Shown piece by piece: positions 37,282 to 48,299 of a stretch of DNA of 64,000 nt. Source of the stretch: Thermodesulfobacteriota bacterium (lineage in GTDB: Bacteria; Desulfobacterota; Binatia; Bin18). Each line of letters begins with the position of its first letter. The stretch's first letter is position 1. The translations under genes and the position numbers were made by a program. Below the pieces are notes generated by a model. It worked only from the letters and a program-made list of their open reading frames with translations, had not been told where the DNA came from and did not search any database. The DNA lies in assembly GCA_964291405.2 (NCBI GenBank), contig OZ219926.1:160001-224000 (forward strand), read 5' to 3'.

Positions 37282-37605
37282 ATGGCTGATATTCAGCAGG
37301 TTTCAGATTCCAGTTTTGATGGTGATGTGCTGAAGGCGGACGTCCCGGTTCTGATCGATTTTTGGGCTCCGTGGTGTGGCCCCTGTCGGGCTATTGCGCC
37401 GATTGTTGAAGAACTCGCCAGCGAATATGATGGTAAGCTCAAGATTGTCAAAATGAACGTCGACGATAATCCCCAGACGCCGGCCCAGTACGGGGTCCGG
37501 GGCATTCCGAATCTGATTTTGTTCAAGGGCGGCGAAGTCAAGCAACAAATTGTAGGGGCGGTTCCGAAGGCGCATCTCGTAAAAGCTATTGACGACGTTG
37601 TCTAG
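37282..37605 (+). CDS. trxA: Thioredoxin
   Basis: WAPWCGPC; ATG 37282 behind GAGGAGG. Confidence 0.96.
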   Translation: MADIQQVSDSSFDGDVLKADVPVLIDFWAPWCGPCRAIAPIVEELASEYDGKLKIVKMNVDDNPQTPAQYGVRGIPNLILFKGGEVKQQIVGAVPKAHLVKAIDDVV

Positions 37606-37621
37606 GGCAGTCGGCCGGTAT

Positions 37622-38722
37622 TCAAAAGAACAGGCGTCTAGTGCTCACATTGAGCGCTAGGCCGATTGCCACCATCGTCGTGAGCAAGGAAGAACCCCCG
37701 TAGCTCAAGAAAGGCAAGGGCACTCCGACGACAGGCAGCGCCCCGACATTCATCCCGGCATTGATCACGATCTGCCAGAATATGATCCCGGCGACCCCAA
37801 CGGAGAGGAGCAAACCGAACCGTTCACGCGCCCGGAGAGCAATGACGAGCAGACGTGCCAACAGGACGCCGTATACTATTAACAAGCCAAGAGCCCCGAC
37901 AAATCCCCATTCTTCAGCAAAGACGGCAAAGACAAAATCCGTATGCTTTTCAGGCAGAAAATCGAGACGATTCTGTGTTCCTAACAGGAACCCTTTGCCC
38001 CAGACCATTCCTGACCCAACCGTCACCTGTGATTGAATCATATGGTAGCCTGCGCCGAGGGGGTCGACATCCGGGTATAAGAACGACAAGACTCTTTGCT
38101 GCTGGTAGGGTTTGAGGTAAGCCCAGATGAAAGGCAGAATGCTTCCTCCGGCCAGGGCAAGAACGGATAAGGACTGTAAGCGTAGGCCCGCTGTAAAAGT
38201 CAGAGTGAGAAAGAGAAGTCCCAGCGTGATGGTAGTCCCCAGATTTGGCTGCCAGAGGACGAGGACTGCCGGGGCGGCAAAAAATACGGCTGGAGCGAGA
38301 ATATCTCTGATACCATACCCCCCCGGAGGTACGGTACGGTGGTACCATCGGGCCAGCACGAGGAGCAGCCCAATCTTCATGAATTCAGCCGGCTGGAGAG
38401 AAAACATACCAACATAGATCCAGCGGCGTGCGCCTCCACCAAAAGAGCCAATGAGGGGCACGAGGACAAGGAGACCGAGCGCCGCTCCGTATAAGAGATA
38501 GGCCCACTGTTCGAACCGGCGATAGTCAATGGCAAAGGCGAGACCCATTCCACAAAGGCCCACAGCAGCCCAGATGAGCTGTCGGATGAACTGCGGACTC
38601 GCCTGCGGTGACCCGTCATAGGTTGCGCTGTAGAGCCCAAGCAGGCCAAGACCCAGCAGCCCGACCGTCAGACAAAATAATATCCAGTCGAAATGCTCAA
38701 CCAGACGTCTGTCGAATCCCAT
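37622..38722 (-). CDS. rodA: Rod shape-determining protein RodA
   Basis: GARRWI, QPAEF.K, GAGYH..QS, LPEKHTDF, LPFLSYGGSS; follows PBP2. Confidence 0.95.
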   Translation of the reverse strand: MGFDRRLVEHFDWILFCLTVGLLGLGLLGLYSATYDGSPQASPQFIRQLIWAAVGLCGMGLAFAIDYRRFEQWAYLLYGAALGLLVLVPLIGSFGGGARRWIYVGMFSLQPAEFMKIGLLLVLARWYHRTVPPGGYGIRDILAPAVFFAAPAVLVLWQPNLGTTITLGLLFLTLTFTAGLRLQSLSVLALAGGSILPFIWAYLKPYQQQRVLSFLYPDVDPLGAGYHMIQSQVTVGSGMVWGKGFLLGTQNRLDFLPEKHTDFVFAVFAEEWGFVGALGLLIVYGVLLARLLVIALRARERFGLLLSVGVAGIIFWQIVINAGMNVGALPVVGVPLPFLSYGGSSLLTTMVAIGLALNVSTRRLFF

Positions 38723-40559
38723 TATTTTCTCGATCCCGTTGCTCAACGATGCGAAAATATGCTTCCAAAACCTGACGAACAACAGGTGCAGCAACGGCTC
38801 CACCGCCCTTACCGGCGTGCTCGATCAGACAGGCAACAGCAATTTGAGGGTTCTGGACCGGTGCAAATGCGATAAACCAGGCATGGTCGCGGTGGAGGCG
38901 GGGAACTTCCTCTTCTTCATCATGTATGCGACTCACCACCTGCGAGGTTCCCGTCTTACCCGCGACTTCAACATGGGGAAGGAGGGCTTTCTTTCCCGTT
39001 CCCCGCTCGCCATGTACCACCTCTCGCATTCCATCTCGAACGACGCGGAGATGCTCTTCATGGATGTTAATTCGCGTAATGACCTTTGGAGAATAGGTCT
39101 GGATAGGCTCTCCATCAGCGCCGTTCACTTGTGTGACAAAGAAAGGGCGATAGATGACTCCCCCGTTTGCAAGCGCCGCAGTTGCAACAGCCATCTGGAG
39201 AGGTGTTGTGAGTACATAGCTTTGTCCGATCACAACGGACAGCGTCTCACCCTTATACCATGGGGCATCGAAACGACGCCGTTTCCATTCGACGTCAGGA
39301 ATCAAGCCTGATGACGCAGCAAGGGTAAGACCGAGGTCTTGGCCTAACCAAAACCGACGAGCAGCCTGAGCAATATTCTGTATCCCGAGACGTTGTCCAA
39401 CTTTGTAGAAATAGACATCACACGACTGGGCGAGAGCTTGTTTCAAATCTATCAAGCCATGTCCAGGCCGCTTCCAACAGTGGAAGGTGCGCCCGCCAAA
39501 GGGCAGACCTCCCTGGCAGTTGAACTGCGTCTCAGGTGTAATAATCCCTTCCTCCAGTGCCGCTAGTGCTATAAAGGGCTTAAATGTAGAGCCTGGAGGA
39601 TATTGGCCCCGGAGGGCCCGATTGGTAAGCGGGCGTAGAGGATCCTCTACGAGCGTCTGCCATTCGTTGGGCTTGATACTGAGCGCAAAGAGATTCGGAT
39701 CAAAGGTGGGACGACTGGCCAGGGCCAGAACCTCCCCGGTCTCGACGGCAAGGACCACAACGGACCCCTCTGCCTCTCCTAGAGCCTGTTCGACCTGTTC
39801 TTGCAGTTCAAGATCAAGCGTTAAGTGTAGATTATATCCGGGCTGGGTCTTCACTTCGTCTAAAACACGTAATTTTCTTCCCGTTGCATCAACTTCAATC
39901 TGCTGTCCACCATTATATCCACGCAGTTCCTCTTCCCAGGCTTTCTCTAATCCGACCTTGCCAACAAGGTCACCCTGCCGGTACCTCTTATTTTCAGCGA
40001 TCTCGGTCTGATTCACTTCACCGATATAGCCTACGAGGTGGGCAGCAAGATTCCCTGCAGGATAGAAGCGCTTGAGACTCGCCTCAACGGTGACACCGGG
40101 CAGGTCTAACTGGTGAGCTTCGATCGCGACCAGCGTATCCCAAGAGATATCACGGGCTACAGAGATGCCTTCGTATGCGGGCCGACGTGGATTCCGTGGC
40201 GCCTTTCCTTCTAAAAAATCTGTGGCCTCAGGCAAATACGGTGCGAGAGTATGGAGCGTTGTCAGACGATCTTGCACATCTTCTGGGACCAGAAGGACAT
40301 CAAACGACGGGTGATTTCCTACAACGACCCGTCCGGTTCGATCAAGCATGAGGCCCCGTATAGACGGCAGCCGCTTCAGGCGAATACGATTCTTTTCCGA
40401 CAGTATTCGGAAACGATCACCCTCCACGATCTGCAGCTGCCACAACCGAAATCCCAGAGCACAAAAAACAAACAGGACGATGAGACTAATGACACCGATG
40501 CGGCGGTAGCACGCGGTGAGCGTTTCCTGAGACGCAAAGAACTCTGACTGTCCGTCCAT
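38697..40559 (-). CDS. mrdA: Penicillin-binding protein 2
   Basis: PGSTFK (SxxK), SCD, KTGT motifs; mre operon context. Confidence 0.95.
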   Translation of the reverse strand: MDGQSEFFASQETLTACYRRIGVISLIVLFVFCALGFRLWQLQIVEGDRFRILSEKNRIRLKRLPSIRGLMLDRTGRVVVGNHPSFDVLLVPEDVQDRLTTLHTLAPYLPEATDFLEGKAPRNPRRPAYEGISVARDISWDTLVAIEAHQLDLPGVTVEASLKRFYPAGNLAAHLVGYIGEVNQTEIAENKRYRQGDLVGKVGLEKAWEEELRGYNGGQQIEVDATGRKLRVLDEVKTQPGYNLHLTLDLELQEQVEQALGEAEGSVVVLAVETGEVLALASRPTFDPNLFALSIKPNEWQTLVEDPLRPLTNRALRGQYPPGSTFKPFIALAALEEGIITPETQFNCQGGLPFGGRTFHCWKRPGHGLIDLKQALAQSCDVYFYKVGQRLGIQNIAQAARRFWLGQDLGLTLAASSGLIPDVEWKRRRFDAPWYKGETLSVVIGQSYVLTTPLQMAVATAALANGGVIYRPFFVTQVNGADGEPIQTYSPKVITRINIHEEHLRVVRDGMREVVHGERGTGKKALLPHVEVAGKTGTSQVVSRIHDEEEEVPRLHRDHAWFIAFAPVQNPQIAVACLIEHAGKGGGAVAAPVVRQVLEAYFRIVEQRDRENNGIRQTSG

Positions 40560-41051
40560 TTATACTCTGGCGATAGCGCGCTCCCCCCTTGTCAGGAGGA
40601 CAAAGATGAGCGGGGTCAGGGAGAGAGCCATGAGTAAGTCCCACAGCACGTATTGTGTGAGAAAAGGCCAGATAGGAGCGACTGCCCAGTGTACTTCGAG
40701 CAGCGCGAGAAAAATGCTTGCCTTTAAGAGGACTGCGCCGGCGACGAGTCCGAGGACACAGAGAGGATTCTGAATCCACAGCCTTTGGGACAAGAGTTTT
40801 GTCACGGTAAAAACAAGACTCATAGCGAGAGTCCACATTCCCGCAGGAGCTCCTGAACAGCTATCTAGCATATACCCTAAGAAAAAAGCGCTCGCTGCCC
40901 CCGCCATAGCACCGTGGTAAATGCCAAGATAGACACAGAAGATGAGTAATAGATCAGGAACAAATGGGAAGTGAGGGAAAGCTGTTGTTTGTAAAAGAAC
41001 CGCTCCGACTCCGCAGGCTCCAAGGAGTCCAAATGTCCGGAGCCTATTCGT
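40560..41051 (-). CDS. mreD: Rod shape-determining protein MreD (start uncertain)
   Basis: Hydrophobic, PDLLL, AFFLGYMLD..SG; located between mreC and mrdA. Confidence 0.85.
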   Translation of the reverse strand, partial: TNRLRTFGLLGACGVGAVLLQTTAFPHFPFVPDLLLIFCVYLGIYHGAMAGAASAFFLGYMLDSCSGAPAGMWTLAMSLVFTVTKLLSQRLWIQNPLCVLGLVAGAVLLKASIFLALLEVHWAVAPIWPFLTQYVLWDLLMALSLTPLIFVLLTRGERAIARV

Positions 41052-41895
41052 CTCGGAAGGGCTCGGCTCCTGCTCGGACGACAGCTGGAGCAACCACCAA
41101 GACTTCTTCGATCTCTGCGAGTTCAGCACTGAGCGCAACCTCTATGTCTTGGAATATCTCGTCATCTCGTGTGGCAACTCGCGTCACGCGCCCAATCTGC
41201 TGCCCCTTCGGAAAGACCCCGTCAAGCCCAGAGGTAATGATTATATCCCCAACCACGACATCACTACCCTGCTGAACATATTTCAATTGGCAGTTCCCAG
41301 CAATGGAGCCAGACACGATACCAGAGACACGTGAACGCTGAACGAGAGCATCGACTCCACTATTGGCGGAAGAGATCAGGAGAAGGTGGGCAGCATGTGG
41401 ACTAACAGACACAATTTTCCCTACAACACCCGCTGGGGTGAGCACTGCCATTTCCTTCTGGATTCCGTGCCGTTCCCCTTTGTCTAACACCGCCGTATGC
41501 GTCCATGCCCCAGGATTTCGTCCAATTACGCGTGCGGCAATTGACGTATCTGAGCTTTGCGTCCGTAAACCCAGCAGGAGCTCTAAACGCTGATTCGCCA
41601 ACTCTAATTCGAATAACCGTTCCTGCGTCTGCTCAAGTGCCTCAAGCTGAGCGCGGAGCGCTTCGTTGTTTTGATGGACGGAGAGCAGGTCGCGATATTG
41701 ATCAAGGACTTTTCCTGTACCTTGGACCATTACCGTCGCTCCGACTTGAAGGGGTTTCATCACTTCGAGAAACAGCACGCCAACAGGGTCGATTCGGTAC
41801 GGAGACCGGGCGTTCACTGTCGCCAACAGTAACGCGACAAAAAGAAAGAATCCGCAGGATAAGAGCAGACGGTATCTGTACAGGATCTCAAGCAT
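41044..41895 (-). CDS. mreC: Rod shape-determining protein MreC
   Basis: TM plus coiled coil, ARVIG, LDKG, GD.IITSGLDGVFPKG. Confidence 0.95.
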   Translation of the reverse strand: MLEILYRYRLLLSCGFFLFVALLLATVNARSPYRIDPVGVLFLEVMKPLQVGATVMVQGTGKVLDQYRDLLSVHQNNEALRAQLEALEQTQERLFELELANQRLELLLGLRTQSSDTSIAARVIGRNPGAWTHTAVLDKGERHGIQKEMAVLTPAGVVGKIVSVSPHAAHLLLISSANSGVDALVQRSRVSGIVSGSIAGNCQLKYVQQGSDVVVGDIIITSGLDGVFPKGQQIGRVTRVATRDDEIFQDIEVALSAELAEIEEVLVVAPAVVRAGAEPFRDE

Positions 41896-41904
41896 GCTTC
41901 ACAC

Positions 41905-42945
<1,041 letters not shown>

Positions 42946-43084
42946 TTATTTCCTTCGTTCTCCAAGCGGGGTCTAATAGAACAAGGTTTCTAGCAGAATT
43001 TTGGTATTAGGGCAAGTCCTTGTAATACAGTTGCTTTTTCTTCAACTATCCACTATGGCATGATGAAATAGGAGGTCAACCCAT

Positions 43085-45001
43085 ATGCTTGACTTTATGC
43101 GCCAACGGGCTCGGTCAGTATGGACCAAAGCGCTCTTTCTGATTATTGCGCTTGTCTTCGTGTTCTTTGGTATTGGGAGCTTTGGAGACGACGCACAGGT
43201 ACAAATCATCGTAACGGTCGATGATGAGCCTATCACCCTTCAGGAATTCCAGCGCGCCTATCGGAACGTCGAGGCCAATTACCGGGAAATCTATAAAGAA
43301 CGTTTTACTCCAGAGCTCGCCCAGCAGATGAATCTGCGACAACAGACGCTTGATCAGCTCGTTGATACGAAATTGTTGGCCAAAGAAGCGCGCCGGATTG
43401 GTTTCAGAGCATCAGATGAAGACGTGCGACAAGAGATCGCCGCCTCCCCCACCTTTCACAGCTTCGGCTCTTTCAGCCCAGACCGCTACCGTCGGCTTTT
43501 ACGGTATTTACGGATGACGCCTCAGGAGTTTGAAGAGCAGCAACGGAATCAGCTCGTCATCGAGAGATTCCAAAAATTCATTGACGGATCAATCCGCGCT
43601 ACGGATTATGAGGTAGAGGCATTATTTCGTTTTGAACAAGAAAAAATGAATCTCGCTTTCCTCAAAATCGCCTCGGCAGACCTGGTCGACATGGTCACAA
43701 TCACTGAACAGCAGGTACGCGAATTCTACACCAACAACACGGAATCTTTTCGGATACCCGAGCGTGTCCGCCTGCATTATGTCTCGTATGCACCGGAAGA
43801 CTTTGAAGCAGAGGCCTCGGTCTCTGAAGATGAGGTGCTCGATTTTTACAACGCCCATAAAGGTGATCGCTTTACGGAAGAGAAGCAGGTCCAAGCCCGT
43901 CATATTCTCTTCTCTCTGGCTGACGGCGTCTCGGATGAAAGGAAAGCGGACACGCGGAGCACGGCGCAAAGGATTCTCGAACGAGCGCGTGAGGGAGAAG
44001 ATTTTGCTGTCCTCGCCGAGGAATACTCACAGGATACGGGAACGGCAAGCAACGGCGGAGATCTCGGCCTTTTTGGACGGGGCCGTATGGTCAAGCCGTT
44101 TGAAGAGGCCGCTTTCGACATGGAGGTTGGACAAGTGAGCGACCTCGTCGAAACAACCTTCGGCTTTCACATCATCAAGGTTGAGGCAATCCAGCCCGAA
44201 CGCATCAAACCGCTTGAAGAAGTCGCCGATACGGTCACCGAAGAATTGCTGGAGCGGAGAAGTCGATCCATTGCAGAGCAACGGGCACGCGAAGATCGGA
44301 AGAACATTGCCGATGGCACGACGCTCCTACAGTTTGCCGAATCCGTTGGATTAGAGGCAAAGGAAACCCCGCTTGTCAATCAGAACGAGACGATTCCAGG
44401 CCTTGGTCGTCGTCCAAAACTCGTTGAAACAGCCTTTGGACAGTCACCAGGACAAATCAGCGATCCCGTTCAAGTTGATAACACCTGGTTCCTGGTATCG
44501 CTCACGGAACGGGTACCCTCTCGGATTCCAGCATTTACGGCAGTGCAAGAAGAGGTCGAAGAACAGTACCGGAGTGAACAAGCCGAACGCCTGGCCCAGG
44601 AGAAAGCGGACAAACTCCTCACGAAACTCAAGGAGACAAAGGATTTGTCCAGTTTGGCAAAAGCAGAAGCACTCACAGTAGAAGAGACTGGGGCGTTTGC
44701 GCGTCGGGGCGGCTATATTCCAAAGATCGGTGTTGTGCCGGATCTGAAAACCGAGGCATTTCGATTAACACCAGAAGCCCCTGTCGCCTCCAAAAGCTAT
44801 ACATGGGGGGGAAATACTTTTGTTGCGGTTCTTAAAGAATATATTCCGGCCGATTCGGAGCAACTCGAAGAGCAGCGTGATGACCTTCGTCAGTCGCTCC
44901 TCCAAAGGAAAAAAACGGCAGCCTATCAGGAGCTCACGAAATATCTAAAAGAGCGGGCAAAGATTGAATATAATCAGCGGAATCTGTTAAGCGCGCTATA
45001 A
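43085..45001 (+). CDS. ppiD: PpiD-like peptidyl-prolyl isomerase (SurA N-terminal plus parvulin domain)
   Basis: N-terminal TM anchor, ARHIL, YSQD, GGDLG, MVKPFEEAAF, TFGFHIIKV. Confidence 0.88.
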   Translation: MLDFMRQRARSVWTKALFLIIALVFVFFGIGSFGDDAQVQIIVTVDDEPITLQEFQRAYRNVEANYREIYKERFTPELAQQMNLRQQTLDQLVDTKLLAKEARRIGFRASDEDVRQEIAASPTFHSFGSFSPDRYRRLLRYLRMTPQEFEEQQRNQLVIERFQKFIDGSIRATDYEVEALFRFEQEKMNLAFLKIASADLVDMVTITEQQVREFYTNNTESFRIPERVRLHYVSYAPEDFEAEASVSEDEVLDFYNAHKGDRFTEEKQVQARHILFSLADGVSDERKADTRSTAQRILERAREGEDFAVLAEEYSQDTGTASNGGDLGLFGRGRMVKPFEEAAFDMEVGQVSDLVETTFGFHIIKVEAIQPERIKPLEEVADTVTEELLERRSRSIAEQRAREDRKNIADGTTLLQFAESVGLEAKETPLVNQNETIPGLGRRPKLVETAFGQSPGQISDPVQVDNTWFLVSLTERVPSRIPAFTAVQEEVEEQYRSEQAERLAQEKADKLLTKLKETKDLSSLAKAEALTVEETGAFARRGGYIPKIGVVPDLKTEAFRLTPEAPVASKSYTWGGNTFVAVLKEYIPADSEQLEEQRDDLRQSLLQRKKTAAYQELTKYLKERAKIEYNQRNLLSAL

Positions 45002-45041
45002 CTGGGAATGGCACCGCCTGACCATAGGGAGAACAAGTATC

Positions 45042-45485
45042 ATGTTGCAAGTAGGAGACACTGCGCCAGACTTTACGGTCAAAACACACGAAGGCAACGA
45101 TCTGTCTTTATCGGCCTTATGTGGCAAAAAAGTCCTTTTATGGTTTTATCCAAAAGCCGATACCCCTGGTTGAACGATTGAGGGTCGTGGGTTCTGCGAC
45201 CAGATTGAAGACTTCAAATCGCAAAATGTTGAGGTTTTGGGAATCAGCTTTGATACGGTTGAGGAAAACGCTGCTTTTGCGAAAAAATTCAGCTTTCCGT
45301 ACGCACTCCTGTGTGACACGACGCGGAGTATAGGTCTGGCGTATGGTGTATGTAATGATGCCAGCGCGGGCTTTGCCAATCGGATCAGTTACCTGATCGA
45401 TGAGAAGGGCAAGGTGCAGCGCGTCTACGCCTCCGTCAATCCCCGCGTTCACCCCGCTGAGGTGCTGGCCGATCTTGTCTCGTAG
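45042..45485 (+). CDS. bcp: Selenocysteine-containing peroxiredoxin (BCP/PrxQ family), in-frame TGA at 45171-45173
   Basis: MLQVGDTAPDF...WFYPKADTPG-TGA-TIEG...LGISFD...RISYLID; TGA is at the peroxidatic Cys position and the frame stays open to 45485. Confidence 0.88.
45183..45201 (+). promoter_or_regulatory. Putative bacterial SECIS hairpin
   Basis: GGTCGTGG-GTT-CTGCGACC stem-loop with G-starting apical loop 17 nt after the UGA. Confidence 0.65.
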
Positions 45486-45506
45486 ATATCGCTAGCGAGA
45501 TTCGTC

Positions 45507-46673
45507 CTACCCGTACTCGCTCTCCGCATCCTGCAGAGCTGCCTCATACACCAGCCTGAGTGCAACATTTTTTTCCTGGGCGAGGCGTTTACAGTCGTCA
45601 TATTCTGGAGCACAGTTGATCTGCCCGTTGGGCCGATAGGCAACTTTGACCCTAACCGAGCCGTATTTGGTTTGCACCTCTTGCTGCTCCCGTCGGAGTG
45701 ACAGACGATCGACCGGATAGGACCGGATGCCTAATGTCGAAGTCTCGTTAAAAATTATGCCTGAAAGCTGGCCTTGGTCCTGAGGATCGCATAAAACCCA
45801 GAGAAAAATCCCCGGTCGATTTTTCTTCATTTGAATCGGGGAGAAAAAGACATCCCGGGCGCCTGCGGCAAAGAGCTGTTCCATGACATGTTCGTACCAC
45901 TCTGGATTGAGGTCATCGATATTTGTCTCCAGGACAAGCAGTTGTTCGTGTCGCACCTCAGGGACTGGGTGTCCGAGACAGACCCGGAGGACATTGGGCC
46001 GATCAGACAGGATACGTGCTCCTGCGCCATAGCCGACCTGCGCAATGGAAAACAAGGGTGGCCCCGGTTGGGCCAACGCGGCGAGAATAGCCGCTCCGGT
46101 AGGCGTGACCAGTTCAGACTGACCGTCCTCGAATCGAACGGGTAGCCCTTTTACGAGTTCCGCGGTGGCAGGGCCCGGCACGGGCAGCGTGCCGTGGCGG
46201 GAGGATACGAATCCGCTTCCCATGGGAAGCGGGCTGGTGTACATGGCCTGTATCCCCAAAGCTTCAAAGCCGATGGCCGCACCAACAATGTCAAGAACCG
46301 AATCAACCGCACCAACCTCATGAAAGTGGACGTCTGCAACTGAGGTATTATGAACGTGGGCCTCGGCTTCAGCGAGTCGGGTGAAAATCTTGAGCGCAGT
46401 TGTTTTTACCGACCCACTCAGCGGGCTTGCCTCCAGCATGTCGGCAATGGAACGAAAGCTGCGTTCATGCTGTTGCGCACTGACGTCTACATCGAACTTG
46501 ATCGCGCGAATGCCACTGTGAACCCGCTCTGATTGATGCAGTGTGTAACCCTCGAGCGGGAGCTTGGAGCATTCGGCTTTCAGCAGATCAAGCGATAGAC
46601 CTAGGTCAAGGAGCGCGCCGATGACCATATCACCGCTGATACCGGAAAACGCATCAAAGTAGGCAATTTTCAT
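45507..46673 (-). CDS. larC: Nickel pincer cofactor biosynthesis protein LarC
   Basis: FSGISGDM, VHFHEVGAVDS, PVPGPAT, TPTGAA, ETNIDD, MKKNRPG, PEYDDC. Confidence 0.93.
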   Translation of the reverse strand: MKIAYFDAFSGISGDMVIGALLDLGLSLDLLKAECSKLPLEGYTLHQSERVHSGIRAIKFDVDVSAQQHERSFRSIADMLEASPLSGSVKTTALKIFTRLAEAEAHVHNTSVADVHFHEVGAVDSVLDIVGAAIGFEALGIQAMYTSPLPMGSGFVSSRHGTLPVPGPATAELVKGLPVRFEDGQSELVTPTGAAILAALAQPGPPLFSIAQVGYGAGARILSDRPNVLRVCLGHPVPEVRHEQLLVLETNIDDLNPEWYEHVMEQLFAAGARDVFFSPIQMKKNRPGIFLWVLCDPQDQGQLSGIIFNETSTLGIRSYPVDRLSLRREQQEVQTKYGSVRVKVAYRPNGQINCAPEYDDCKRLAQEKNVALRLVYEAALQDAESEYG

Positions 46674-46772
46674 AATCTCGCTCGGAGCGTGTCAGATCCG
46701 TACTTCATTGAGGCCCTGCTCCAATTTTTCATAGCTAGACCGTCTGGATTGAGCGGACATAAGAAGAAAATG

Positions 46773-47480
46773 TCAAACCAGAGCATACGCATCGGTGACA
46801 CTCAGCTCATAAATAATCCAGATTCCTAATGCCACGCTTGTAGCACCGGCCGCAATACGGAGAGATAGGTTTGTCCCTTGGAGGTGTCTTTGCGTGAGCG
46901 AGAAGAAGAAACCAAAGGCGAGGCTCGCGGCCCCCATGCCCAGTACGGACCCACAGCCAAAAGACGCTATATAGAGCAGGCTTTCCACCGGAGACGGAGC
47001 CGTTGCCACTGTCAGCAAGAGCACGGCGGCGCTGCCGGCTAATCCGTGGACCATACCGACGAGGAGAGGCTTCCATCCTGTTTCTCCTCCATGTCGATGG
47101 GAGTGCTCCGGACCCTCCACATGTGTATGAAAGTGGAGGTGCGTGTTTCCTCCATGCGTATGTTGGTGGAGGTGAATACGCCGGCGCCGGCAGTCGAATA
47201 GAGTCATGGATCCTAAACCGACCAGCATGACCCCAACCAAGCCTTCCAGAGAAAGCTCCAGTACGGGGGGAATGCTCACCTGAAGGATGAGAACAACGCC
47301 GCCGACGGCCAGGAGCGTAGCCGAGTGACCAAGCCCCCAGATGACACCAAAACGGACACTTTTCCATAGAGAGCGCTTAGGCGTCACGAGTGTTGAGACA
47401 GCAACGAGGTGGTCTGCCTCAAAAGCATGCCTGAGTCCGAGTAAAAAACCAAAGACAAGAACCGATGCGAAACTCACCAC
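46773..47480 (-). CDS. Nickel/cobalt transporter (UreH/HoxN-like)
   Basis: LRHAFEADH, WGLGHS, His-rich loop, GMVHGLAGS. Confidence 0.88.
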   Translation of the reverse strand: MVSFASVLVFGFLLGLRHAFEADHLVAVSTLVTPKRSLWKSVRFGVIWGLGHSATLLAVGGVVLILQVSIPPVLELSLEGLVGVMLVGLGSMTLFDCRRRRIHLHQHTHGGNTHLHFHTHVEGPEHSHRHGGETGWKPLLVGMVHGLAGSAAVLLLTVATAPSPVESLLYIASFGCGSVLGMGAASLAFGFFFSLTQRHLQGTNLSLRIAAGATSVALGIWIIYELSVTDAYALV

Positions 47481-47607
47481 TCACATCCCCCTTCCGTGAC
47501 TCCCTTCGTAGCATAGGGGAGGCGGCTATGTCTCGGCCACTTACGTCTCAGCCGAGGTCCAAGTGCTTGCGTTGGCCTAGGTGGACGACTGTGGTAAAAA
47601 AATAGAG

Positions 47608-47928
47608 ATGATACGGGCTGTCTTCTTGAGCTTTGTCTGTTTCAGTCTGGCGCTCAGCGCGCCCATCCTGGCGCAGCCTTCACACTATGGCGATACGGGG
47701 GACAATATCGGGACGTGGAAGTGGGGGTCAACATCGCCGCGTCAGGCTGATGACTTTGAAGAAGAGGATGACTACTACGGGACAACCTGGGAACAGATGT
47801 ATGAGGACCGGCTGTATGAGCAGGAACTCGAGAAGGAAGACGAGCCTGATTCATTTTCGCTGTTAAGCGCTCCCGTCAAGATCTGGCGTTTCTTTTGGCC
47901 CCAAAAAGACAAAGACACGCTTGAGTAG
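47608..47928 (+). CDS. Small acidic exported hypothetical protein
   Basis: Clear signal peptide (MIRAVFLSFVCFSLALSAPILA) then an Asp/Glu/Tyr-rich segment. Confidence 0.55.
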   Translation: MIRAVFLSFVCFSLALSAPILAQPSHYGDTGDNIGTWKWGSTSPRQADDFEEEDDYYGTTWEQMYEDRLYEQELEKEDEPDSFSLLSAPVKIWRFFWPQKDKDTLE

Positions 47929-48278
47929 GACGCAAAACCCGGTTGTGTCCTAGCCGCCCCCCCCTTCCCTTCCGTGGTTGGCACCGCAATTTTTTTAACA
48001 GCAACCAGATACAAAGTCAGCTTTGTCCGCTCCAGGGTAAAGCGGATATGGTCGCCTGGCTTGAGGTTATGGAGCAGACTAGGCTTGTTCACTTCAAAGC
48101 TCATAGTCATGGCATCCATAAAGCCTGGAATGTCTTCGTGCGCGACGACAACGCGTCGATCTGGGATCACGACCTTTTCGACAATCCCTTCGCCCGTGAG
48201 AATTTCAGGAGCAGGTACAGGACCGCAACCTGCACTCATCCCAAAGAGCGTGCACAAAATAAGACTGAATGTCTTCAC
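47775..48278 (-). CDS. CusF-like copper-binding lipoprotein
   Basis: Lipobox SAGC; VAHEDIPGFMDAMTMSF and LKPGD.IRFTL. The last 50 or so codons overlap the opposite-strand ORF. Confidence 0.8.
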   Translation of the reverse strand: MKTFSLILCTLFGMSAGCGPVPAPEILTGEGIVEKVVIPDRRVVVAHEDIPGFMDAMTMSFEVNKPSLLHNLKPGDHIRFTLERTKLTLYLVAVKKIAVPTTEGKGGAARTQPGFASYSSVSLSFWGQKKRQILTGALNSENESGSSSFSSSCSYSRSSYICSQVVP

Positions 48279-48299
48279 AGTGACGAATGGGTGGGCGTT

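Noticed and set aside
45237-45485. Stand-alone 82-aa ORF or peroxiredoxin pseudogene
   Set aside because: It is the in-frame 3' part of the gene starting at 45042; the TGA falls exactly at the catalytic residue and is followed by a SECIS-like hairpin.
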